A stretch of DNA of 32,886 nt, taken from UHGV virus genome UHGV-1421593. One strand, written 5' to 3'. How positions within the stretch are numbered: the stretch's first letter is position 1; every line of letters begins with the position of its first letter. The stretch is from a virus. The position numbers and the translations under genes are program-made. Shown here piece by piece: positions 7,187 to 14,645 of this stretch. The notes beneath the pieces are model-generated. The model did not search any database. It was not told where the DNA came from and was given only the letters and a program-made list of their open reading frames with translations.

Positions 7187-8956
7187 TCATGGATAGTACA
7201 AATTTTTAAAGTGATTATTAATATCAACCATAGCATCAAGAATTGGTTTGAACAATGAAAAATCTATAGTCTGTCTATTTTCTCTGATAATATTGTTGGC
7301 AAACCTGTCTTTTCCAAAAGTAGTAGTGCTATCATGATTATTACTTTTATCAAAGGATTTACCGTTAATTGTCTTTGTCAGAACTTCATCTTTGAAAAAG
7401 TCTTCCATGCACGATTGTTTATCACCAGCCAATAGTGGAGTTAACAATACGTAGAGGTTATTCTCTAAATGTAAAAATTTATGTTTTCTTACGTCCTCTG
7501 ATTTTCTAGGCAGGTGAGAATATTCTTTGATTATATTATTAATAAAATCAGATGGCCCAGTGTCATTATCCAAAACAATTATTACTGGATTTTTAGGCGG
7601 TTGTCTTTCAAATTTCTTGCATTGTTCTCTATGCCTTCTAAAGAATCTTACATAGTCAGCAGCCCCACCGTAGAGGTCTAAAAAATATTCCTTTTTTGCG
7701 TTTGTTTTGAATAACGTAATATTTAAAATTCTATTCTTTGTTCTATCGTCAACTCTAACCAGAGCAGGATAACTTAAATACAAAGAATCAATTGCACATT
7801 TCAAATAAATTGGATCTGTTTTACCTTCTGTCAAAACTGTAGGCTTTATATTCCCATAAAAATACTTATAATGAAGAAAGTTACTGAATGCTGTCTCTCT
7901 TGAATTCAATTTGAGAGTAAAATTAATTCCAGTTTTCTTTAGCACATATTTTTCTGGGAGTGTATGTTTTTTAGCGTTAATGTTATTATACTTATCAAGC
8001 ATATCAATATAAACGAAGCGGCCTTCAAGTTCATTTAGAGTACCTTTTCGCGGTTTTCCACTAATATCCAAAAGGGTAAAATCCCCTTCTTTATAAAGTG
8101 CATGCGCCATAGCTCTGGTTTTTTTAATATAATCTTTATTGACATTTATTTTTTTGTTTACGGTTAAACCTGTTACTTCCTGCCTTGATGTATGCCGCAA
8201 TATTCTGGTCTTATTATTATTAATTTTAAATCCAGCTTTTTCAATTTCATTAACTAACAATGGTCCTAACTCGTTAGAATTCTCATTTATAACAATTGAG
8301 TCAGGAAACTGATTTTTGTTAGTTGAGAATGTTATATCATCTGCATATCGACTATAACTGCATCCATTAGAAAGTGCCAACTTTGACAATCTAATATCTA
8401 AAATATTACATATAAGATTGCTTATTACAGGAGAGCAAGGACTTCCTTGCGGAAGTTTTCCATCATAGCAAGCTATCTGCGCAATTATAGTTGCTATTGA
8501 TGGGTGCAAATTAAAATATTGATTCGCGATAAAATAACCACGGACCCTACCGAAATTAAATGTAGGGAAAAAATCCTCAAGATCAATATTTAAAACATTG
8601 GTTTTATTTCTATGTCTTTCTGCATTTGTTATTATTGTTTTATTTTTCTCAAATCCATGAGATAAGCTAGGGGTGATATTATTTGTTTTCCATATTTCGC
8701 TCTGACAAACATACAATAAATCTGATAAACGCCTTTGTATGTCTTTTAGTTTTTCAGTAGGCGCAAATATCTCTCTGTCACCTCCAGACTTCTTTTTTAT
8801 AATAAATCTTTCATATTGATGCTCAGGTCGTATTCTGTACAGGACATTAGTAAGAAAAGAAACTTTAATTTGAAGTAAGCGTGCAAACTCAAATTTGGTC
8901 TTGCATGACTTGAGTCTTTCTAAGTAGGAGGGAGTGAACATAATAGTAAATTCCAT
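7187..8956 (-). CDS. Retron-type reverse transcriptase with C-terminal Toprim domain (Retron-Eco2/Ec67-like architecture)
   Basis: RT motifs in order: GGDREIF...IQRRL (1/2), retron-specific NAxxH (TNAERH), LNIDLEDFFPTFN (A), QGSPCSPVISNL (B'), YSRYADDITFS (C, YADD), VTGL (retron VTG). C-terminal ~280 aa has Toprim signatures: TVLTEGKTDPIYL (Glu) and VIIVLDNDTGPSD (DxD). 589 aa. Confidence 0.88.
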   Translation of the reverse strand: MEFTIMFTPSYLERLKSCKTKFEFARLLQIKVSFLTNVLYRIRPEHQYERFIIKKKSGGDREIFAPTEKLKDIQRRLSDLLYVCQSEIWKTNNITPSLSHGFEKNKTIITNAERHRNKTNVLNIDLEDFFPTFNFGRVRGYFIANQYFNLHPSIATIIAQIACYDGKLPQGSPCSPVISNLICNILDIRLSKLALSNGCSYSRYADDITFSTNKNQFPDSIVINENSNELGPLLVNEIEKAGFKINNNKTRILRHTSRQEVTGLTVNKKINVNKDYIKKTRAMAHALYKEGDFTLLDISGKPRKGTLNELEGRFVYIDMLDKYNNINAKKHTLPEKYVLKKTGINFTLKLNSRETAFSNFLHYKYFYGNIKPTVLTEGKTDPIYLKCAIDSLYLSYPALVRVDDRTKNRILNITLFKTNAKKEYFLDLYGGAADYVRFFRRHREQCKKFERQPPKNPVIIVLDNDTGPSDFINNIIKEYSHLPRKSEDVRKHKFLHLENNLYVLLTPLLAGDKQSCMEDFFKDEVLTKTINGKSFDKSNNHDSTTTFGKDRFANNIIRENRQTIDFSLFKPILDAMVDINNHFKNLYYP

Positions 8957-9105
8957 TATTAATTATGTTATTGCACATGCAGGCACTCTTACGCATTTCA
9001 AAGTGACGCCCAAGAAGATCCGACGTCCGTCAGAGGCGAATACTGCCGACCTTTTAATCACTGATTGCGATACCACAACCAACAAATCTACCTGCATGTG
9101 CCTTG
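8957..9105 (-). ncRNA. Candidate retron msr-msd non-coding RNA locus
   Basis: 11-bp perfect inverted repeat (8973-8983 GCACATGCAGG / 9091-9101 CCTGCATGTGC) encloses 107 nt and ends 16 nt before the reverse transcriptase ATG, as retron a1/a2 repeats do. Exact msr/msd boundaries and branching G not determined. Confidence 0.3.
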
Positions 9106-9386
9106 CTAATTTATCATAGTTAACAATCAAAACAAGCACTTTTGAAAATGGCTGTATCTTATTGATTAACTAATCATGGTCAAAGCCGAACATTCCTCGT
9201 GAAGATTGTTAGAATTTGAGATCTTTACGAGCACTTAACAGACTGTCAGATTCAGTCATGGAGCAAGTTGAATGCAATGTTATCATGTATCACTTTTTCT
9301 TTTTCGTCGTTAAGATGGTTCATAAAACTTACCATTAAGTCGATTGATAACTAGTAATTACATCTGTAGGTTCTCTTGATGATTTG

Positions 9387-10127
9387 TCAGAGGGCATTTG
9401 AGCTAAATAAAGTTGATTCGACGAGTTCAATTGCTTCATCTTCGATAGTTGATTTGTCCATTGTTTTGGTCGGCTCAGAAATATCAATTTTCACAATTAC
9501 AATCTCGTCATCAAAAGATAGTTTTTCACCCCTTCTTTCTTTACGTAAAACGCTGTTCTCTTTGCTGAGTTCAGCGTTTTTCCTTTCTAACTCTGCGACT
9601 CTTTTCATCAAATCTTCCATTTTGGAATTCACAACATCTAGTCTCTGCTCAGTCGGAAATTCAATACTTTCGATGATTTCAATAAATTCACCAGTATACA
9701 TCTGAACAAACTGCTCGGTGTCTTTGATCTTCTGCATTCTTAGATCTGAACAGAAAGCTTTCCACGAGTTCTTTTTACCGTTAATTTCACAAGCAACGAT
9801 AACAGCATTATCGGTTGTATAAGCAACGATTGCAGGCAGATTATTAACTTCGGTCGTACCGATTTCGAAGCTATGCATATTTTTTACAGTCACAGCATTT
9901 TCAATCTTCTGTAACATCTTAGCTCGAACATTACGATGAATATCTATAGCTTTAACAAGAGCTTTCAGGCTGTTTTTGTTATTGGTCATTCTATTAACTT
10001 TGATAATATTTCTGTTCAGGCTTGCTTTAACTGTTCTGTCTAGATTTTCGAAGACTGCAAATTTGAAATTCAATTTATTTGCCTTTATTGATTGGTTGAG
10101 TTCTGATATTACGTTTTTTGCAAGCAT
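9387..10127 (-). CDS. Hypothetical protein with C-terminal coiled-coil
   Basis: 246 aa ORF on the cargo-island strand with coiled-coil segment MEDLMKRVAELERKNAELSKENSVLRKERR. True start may be an internal Met; overlaps the upstream small ORF by ~50 nt in another frame. Confidence 0.45.
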   Translation of the reverse strand: MLAKNVISELNQSIKANKLNFKFAVFENLDRTVKASLNRNIIKVNRMTNNKNSLKALVKAIDIHRNVRAKMLQKIENAVTVKNMHSFEIGTTEVNNLPAIVAYTTDNAVIVACEINGKKNSWKAFCSDLRMQKIKDTEQFVQMYTGEFIEIIESIEFPTEQRLDVVNSKMEDLMKRVAELERKNAELSKENSVLRKERRGEKLSFDDEIVIVKIDISEPTKTMDKSTIEDEAIELVESTLFSSNAL

Positions 10128-10233
10128 TATACATCGTTGCTTTATTCATTTGTTTAGATTCTGCAATTTGCTGAAATGTCTCACCAGAGTCTAAGCGAGA
10201 TTCAATTTCGAATTTGTTAGGTATAAATTTCAT
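10075..10233 (-). CDS. Small helix-turn-helix protein
   Basis: Start at internal Met (MKFIP). Helix-turn-helix-like segment GETFQQIAESKQMNKATMYNACKKR. May be the N-terminal part of a split gene with 9387-10127. Confidence 0.35.
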   Translation of the reverse strand: MKFIPNKFEIESRLDSGETFQQIAESKQMNKATMYNACKKRNIRTQPINKGK

Positions 10234-10245
10234 GGGGTTGCCTTT

Positions 10246-10282
10246 TTTATTGAATTGAAAAATAAGCACTCCGAAGAGTGCT
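10246..10282 (-). terminator. Candidate terminator hairpin (AGCACTC-cgaa-GAGTGCT) with U-tract on the minus strand
   Basis: 7-bp stem, 4-nt loop, followed on the minus strand by TTATTTTT, just upstream of the helix-turn-helix gene. Confidence 0.4.
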
Positions 10283-10483
10283 TTAAACTTAAGGAATTTT
10301 TAAATGAACTAAGCTAATTGCTTATATCTTATTTTATGACGGATAAAGTCAGTAGTAAACAAACGAGAGAAAATAACGAGGAAGAAGAAACTCTCTGTGT
10401 TCATACTAATATTTATATAGTTCACCGAAAGTGTAAACAAAGTCCGAAAAATAATTTAGTGAAAAGCAGGTGCATTGATGCAC

Positions 10484-10509
10484 ATCAAAACGCATCGATA
10501 ACGCATCGA
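10484..10509. promoter_or_regulatory. Tandem AACGCATCGAT x2 including 10-bp palindrome GCATCGATGC (operator-like)
   Basis: Direct repeat at 10485-10494 and 10496-10505; perfect palindrome at 10498-10507; related dyad GTGCATTGATGCAC just upstream. Confidence 0.3.
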
Positions 10510-10615
10510 TGCGACTCGGAGAAGTGCATGGACCCTAGAAAAAATCGCCCTATAAGAACAATTGGATAAAGATGAACTGGAAGGATATAGAAGCAGTACA
10601 AAACCTGGAAAACAT

Positions 10616-10757
10616 AGCGAAGCGAGCAGATTGCGCGAAGCGCGGGCGAAGCCCTAATTGATAAACATTAGCGCGAAGCGCGACAGATAACACTATCGAA
10701 CTTGATTACTAGCTACTGATTAGATGTTTCTAGATAAAGATTATTAGCGCTTCGCGC
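10616..10757. repeat. Cluster of GCGAAGC mini-hairpin motifs (4 direct, 1 inverted), including two GCGCGAAGCGCG copies and an inverted AGCGCTTCGCGCG
   Basis: GCGAAGC at 10617-10623, 10635-10641, 10645-10651 and 10673-10679; inverted GCTTCGC at 10747-10753, with another at 11083-11089. No ORF of 60 aa or more is credible here. Confidence 0.6.
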
Positions 10758-10959
10758 GTTCGCTACGCTCACAATATTATTTTTCAGATCTGGATAATAA
10801 TGATTACTGGATAACTGCATTATACTGTTCGTCTGACAATCAATAAACATAACGATCGATAATTAATTGAAATAACGTTAATGAGTTCTCCTTCGCTATC
10901 GCTACGTCGAACGGGCAAGCCCTATCTTTGATGATAGTAATGATTGACTGCTACATCAT

Positions 10960-11160
10960 CCCTCCTCGCTTCTCCCTGCTTCTACTGACCTAATGATACT
11001 CCAAGTCAATTCCCTGTTATCAAGTTCACCTGATGCTTCCTGCTTCGTTATCGACCTTATTGCTTTTGACTCTACGCTTTCAGCTTCGCAGGAAGTACGC
11101 CCTGCTGTTTGCAGATCGTTCTAAAGAACTGAGTAATCAAGTTCTCAACTATTTGATTCC
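10960..11160. repeat. Pyrimidine-rich (plus strand) non-coding segment with imperfect ~20-bp direct repeats (CCTGCTTC...GACC)
   Basis: CCTGCTTCTACTGACCTAATGAT (10972-10994) versus CCTGCTTCGTTATCGACCTTATTG (11037-11060). Strong strand-compositional skew by eye. Confidence 0.35.
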
Positions 11161-11220
11161 TTGCGCCCCAAAGATGCCTCCAGTATCTGTGGTTTACAAT
11201 CTACTCATTTGAAATTCAAT

Positions 11221-11243
11221 AAAAAAGGGAGCACTAAGCTCCC
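11221..11243 (-). terminator. Rho-independent terminator (GGGAGC-actaa-GCTCCC), A-run/T-run flanked, potentially bidirectional
   Basis: Perfect 6-bp stem. On the minus strand it is followed by TTTTTT directly after the stop of the 59-aa ORF. Confidence 0.6.
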
Positions 11244-11248
11244 TTTTG

Positions 11249-11428
11249 TCATTTCAGACCAAGCACTAATGCTTGTTCAAGTTTTTTCTCAAGCAGAGTG
11301 TTTAATCCACTTTCGAAAAATTCAATCGCTTGAACGTCTGAGTCTGTTTTTAAGCGAACAGCGGCATCGTCAACTGTTAACTCTTCGGTCTTAACATCAC
11401 CGTTTTTATAAACCACATTAGCAATCAT
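11249..11428 (-). CDS. Small protein (59 aa), unknown function; absent from the supplied ORF track
   Basis: ATG at 11428 preceded by AAAGGAGAAAGC (strong Shine-Dalgarno). Translation MIANVVYKNGDVKTEELTVDDAAVRLKTDSDVQAIEFFESGLNTLLEKKLEQALVLGLK; stop is followed at once by the terminator hairpin. Confidence 0.45.
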   Translation of the reverse strand: MIANVVYKNGDVKTEELTVDDAAVRLKTDSDVQAIEFFESGLNTLLEKKLEQALVLGLK

Positions 11429-11666
11429 GCTTTCTCCTTTGTTGCTAAAAAATAATAACCGAATGATATCACTTGTTCAATTTTTCTTTCAATCAAATAA
11501 GTATCCGATGAATAGTCGGCTCTCTAAACTAGCAGGTATGAAATAGTTCCTTAATTCTGAACTTCCTCACTTTGCTTCCTATTTAATATTGCAATTTTAA
11601 ATCTAGTGTAATTAATTTAGCTACAAACTTGCATTTATTATACATTTAAAAAATCGCCTCCATTCG

Positions 11667-12101
11667 TTAGGCATTCTCAGTTTCACTCATTTCTCCTTTA
11701 GTGCTATTCACACAGCGAAGAAACTGATCCCTCTGATACGCGGCAGTTTTGTCTGACATCTGTTTTTTGAATAACTCAAAATCCCCCTCTGTACGTTTAA
11801 AAATAATCATGCTAATCGCAGATGGTTTTTTATTAGCCGATTTGCTAGCAAGAAGTTTTTCGATGTTATCGAATCCGAAAGCCTGATTCACGATTCGTTG
11901 TGCTTCAACAGCATCGACAACTTCAACCGTATTTTCAGCTTTAACTTCTTCAACAACTGTATATTCCTCGATGTTAGCTTTAACACGACGAACAACAGAA
12001 CGAGGAACATCGTATTTTTCAGCAAGCTTACTCTCTGACATATCAGTACCAGCGTTTAATTCAGAAGCAATTCGGTTTTCAACAGTCAGTTCAGTTTTCA
12101 T
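11667..12101 (-). CDS. Helix-turn-helix DNA-binding protein (putative regulator)
   Basis: Start at Met (MKTELTV) with AGGAG Shine-Dalgarno 7 nt upstream. Helix-turn-helix segment SESKLAEKYDVPRSVVRRV. Divergent from the large terminase gene. Confidence 0.5.
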   Translation of the reverse strand: MKTELTVENRIASELNAGTDMSESKLAEKYDVPRSVVRRVKANIEEYTVVEEVKAENTVEVVDAVEAQRIVNQAFGFDNIEKLLASKSANKKPSAISMIIFKRTEGDFELFKKQMSDKTAAYQRDQFLRCVNSTKGEMSETENA

Positions 12102-12246
12102 TGTCGTTCTCCTGTGTTTTGTTGGAACAGACTTTAACAGGCGGATATCCAGGTGCAAGAACTCTTAGAAATAATTTTATGGAGGTTTTCATAAATACAG
12201 ACAGAGAAATGAAATCCATTTTGGGTTCATCCACTTAGGGCTGATT

Positions 12247-14130
12247 ATGAAAAACTCAAATAAACTGAAAAGTATCTTACAGAATGCAAAGCGCTTTTTA
12301 ATGCCACCTCCTGACTACACTCCGTCCGAGTGGGTCGAACAGTACCTGAAATTCCCTGATGGTCCTTATACAGGGCAGCCGATGAAACTGTTTGAGTTTC
12401 AGAAAGGCATGATTGACGTCATTAAAGAACGTAAGAAGAAAATCGTCTTCGAGACTTCTGCCCAGATTGGCAAGACAACCATCTTGAACGGAATTCTGTT
12501 CTATAAGTCTGCTACTGATCCCGGTAACGCTGGTGTCTTGCAGTCAACCGGTAAAGAGACGACTCAATGGCTATCAGGCAAGATTCGCCCAATGATTGAC
12601 GAATCGGAAGAAATGCAACGAATCGTCACCGACAAGAACGACAGAAACGCAGTGAATAACACCAGTCAAATTCAGCTACGTGCTGGAGGCTTTTGGTATT
12701 TCATGTCGCTCAATAGCCCTTCTCACTTACGCGGTAAAACTCTTCCGCTGATGTTGCTTGATGAAGTTGACGCAGTTGAAACAGACACAGAAGAAGGCAA
12801 CCCGATTATCATCGCGGAACAACGTGCTACGACGTTCGGTGAAGACGCTCGTGTTTTCATTAGCTCGACGCCTACAAGTAAATACGGTGCTATCCACACG
12901 CAGTATGAAGCATCCGACAAGCGCAAGTATCATGTTCCCTGTCCTACATGTGGTCATAAGCACGAACTGACGTGGGAGAATATCAAATTCGACTGGGTAA
13001 AAATCGATGGTAAATCATTACCTGATCCTAACTCTGCCAGAATTGAATGTCCTGAATGTCATCACGCTTTCTCTGAAGGCGACCGAGCACGAGCAATTAA
13101 ACAAGGTGAATGGATTATTCATCAACCTGAAAGTCGAATTGCTGGATTCCACGTAAGTCGTTTATACAGCCCAATGAGTTCTATCAAATCAGTTGTTGAA
13201 GACTATAAGCAAGCATGGCAAACGTTCAGCTTGTCAACGTTTTATAACACTGTTCTTGGTCTACCGTTTGATGATTTAAACGAAGACATTGAGGTTAGTA
13301 AATTAGAAACACTCAAGACGAATATCGGCATCAGCAATATACCAGAAGACACGTTGTTTTTAACCGCTGGGGTTGACCAACAGCAAGACCGTTTAGAAGT
13401 AACCTTGATGGGTCACAACGAACGAACCGTTTATATTCTTGCACATCGTAGCTTTATGACAATGAACGCTGAGGTTATCGATTCCCCTGCTTATAAAGAA
13501 CTTCTTGCATACGTTAAAGCACCGTTCAGAACAGCTTTGGGAAGAAAGGTTCCTTTAGCGTGGGTGAACGTCGATAGCTCAAACGGTCGAGCAACTAAAA
13601 CAATCTATCGTTTCTGCTCTCAGTGGACAAACCTGAAAGCAATTAAAGGTGCCAGCTCTGTTGATGCCCCTTATGTTCCAACGAAAATCACGAAAACCGG
13701 TGGTTATGAACTTTATATGATTGGTGTAAACCAAGGAAAAAACTTAGTTCGTGAACTGCTAAACAGAAGCGTGAAATCTGGAAATACACCAGTCAGAGTC
13801 GAAATCTCTGATGATGTTCCAGATGATTACTGCGAACAGCTTATGTCCGAAGAATTAAAACGCTCTGGTAATACTGTTAGATGGGTTATTAAACAAGGCG
13901 GTGTTCGTAACGAAGGTCTTGACTGCTTTAACTACGGTTATTGCGCGCGTCTGCAAGTTCTAGAGAAAATCAAATTTCACGAGTGGAGGAAACTCGCTGC
14001 TAAATCTGATATTGAAATGCCAGAAGAACAAAACGAAACAAATTCTCCTGTTATTCAAACTCATGAACCTCGTCGAAACATTATCAAACGAAACAGACCA
14101 GTTAATAAGCCTCGTGGTTTCGGATTATAA
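12247..14130 (+). CDS. Terminase large subunit, lambda GpA family
   Basis: Walker A (SAQIGKTT), Walker B-like LMLLDEVD, zinc-finger CPTCGH...CPECHH, nuclease-domain motifs LTAGVDQQQDRLEV and NEGLDCFNYGYCA colinear with lambda gpA. 627 aa. Confidence 0.92.
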   Translation: MKNSNKLKSILQNAKRFLMPPPDYTPSEWVEQYLKFPDGPYTGQPMKLFEFQKGMIDVIKERKKKIVFETSAQIGKTTILNGILFYKSATDPGNAGVLQSTGKETTQWLSGKIRPMIDESEEMQRIVTDKNDRNAVNNTSQIQLRAGGFWYFMSLNSPSHLRGKTLPLMLLDEVDAVETDTEEGNPIIIAEQRATTFGEDARVFISSTPTSKYGAIHTQYEASDKRKYHVPCPTCGHKHELTWENIKFDWVKIDGKSLPDPNSARIECPECHHAFSEGDRARAIKQGEWIIHQPESRIAGFHVSRLYSPMSSIKSVVEDYKQAWQTFSLSTFYNTVLGLPFDDLNEDIEVSKLETLKTNIGISNIPEDTLFLTAGVDQQQDRLEVTLMGHNERTVYILAHRSFMTMNAEVIDSPAYKELLAYVKAPFRTALGRKVPLAWVNVDSSNGRATKTIYRFCSQWTNLKAIKGASSVDAPYVPTKITKTGGYELYMIGVNQGKNLVRELLNRSVKSGNTPVRVEISDDVPDDYCEQLMSEELKRSGNTVRWVIKQGGVRNEGLDCFNYGYCARLQVLEKIKFHEWRKLAAKSDIEMPEEQNETNSPVIQTHEPRRNIIKRNRPVNKPRGFGL

Positions 14131-14150
14131 ATATAAGAAAGGAGAACTCA

Positions 14151-14645
14151 ATGCAAAAATCAAATTCAGAAATTTACATCGGTGAAAAACTCGCTGTTTA
14201 TAATCCTGAAGGTGCAACAGTCTCCATAGGCTCAACTGAAACTAAATTGTTTTCTCAAACTGATTGTCCAGCGAATATCTCGGTGGACACATCAGATTTT
14301 ATCGAAGGAACTTTTTCTGTTGTTGTTCTCTATGAAGGTGCGCTTATCAGTAACAGCATTATCAAAGTGAAATCACCATTCGTTTCAAAAACGAAAAGAG
14401 AACAACTCAGAGAAATGATTAACGATATCGATACAGTTATTCAGTATCGTCTGACAAGTAACGAAGAAGCTATTCAACAAATGAGTATTAACGGTAAATC
14501 ATTCGTTTATGAAACGCTTGATTCGCTGCTTATGGCTCGAAAACGACTTTTAGCTAACTTAGCAAATCTGATTAAGTCAGAACAAATGGCAAACGGTAAA
14601 TCTCCGATTGTTACTATTAAAGCGAGGTTCACGAATCCATCATGA
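14151..14645 (+). CDS. Head completion / head-tail joining protein (gpW-like C-terminal domain)
   Basis: Sits between large terminase and portal as gpW does in lambda. C-terminal segment REQLREMINDIDTVIQYRL...INGKSFVYETLDSLLMARKRL fits the gpW pattern. Confidence 0.45.
   Translation: MQKSNSEIYIGEKLAVYNPEGATVSIGSTETKLFSQTDCPANISVDTSDFIEGTFSVVVLYEGALISNSIIKVKSPFVSKTKREQLREMINDIDTVIQYRLTSNEEAIQQMSINGKSFVYETLDSLLMARKRLLANLANLIKSEQMANGKSPIVTIKARFTNPS

Noticed and set aside
8934-9119. 61-aa plus-strand ORF across the reverse transcriptase start and candidate msr-msd region
   Set aside because: Overlaps the RT start codon and the inverted-repeat-bounded non-coding locus; no ribosome-binding site. 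The interval is better explained as retron non-coding RNA.
9376-9705. 109-aa plus-strand ORF overlapping the 246-aa minus-strand gene
   Set aside because: Ser/Leu-rich low-complexity translation, antisense to a longer ORF, no Shine-Dalgarno.
9387-10233. Helix-turn-helix ORF plus overlapping larger ORF considered as an IS3-type transposase (orfA/orfB with frameshift)
   Set aside because: The larger ORF has no recognisable DDE motif arrangement and no terminal inverted repeats were seen flanking the pair.
10318-10569. 83-aa ORF in the long non-coding region
   Set aside because: Begins with TTG, no Shine-Dalgarno before the first ATG, and runs through palindromic operator-like repeats. Treated as non-coding.
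10616-10760. GC-rich repeat cluster considered as a possible CRISPR array
   Set aside because: Repeats are only 7-12 bp, irregularly spaced and partly inverted; there are no regular repeat-spacer units and no cas genes in the window.
11161-11394. 77-aa plus-strand ORF
   Set aside because: Overlaps the better-supported 59-aa minus-strand gene and contains the terminator hairpin inside its frame.
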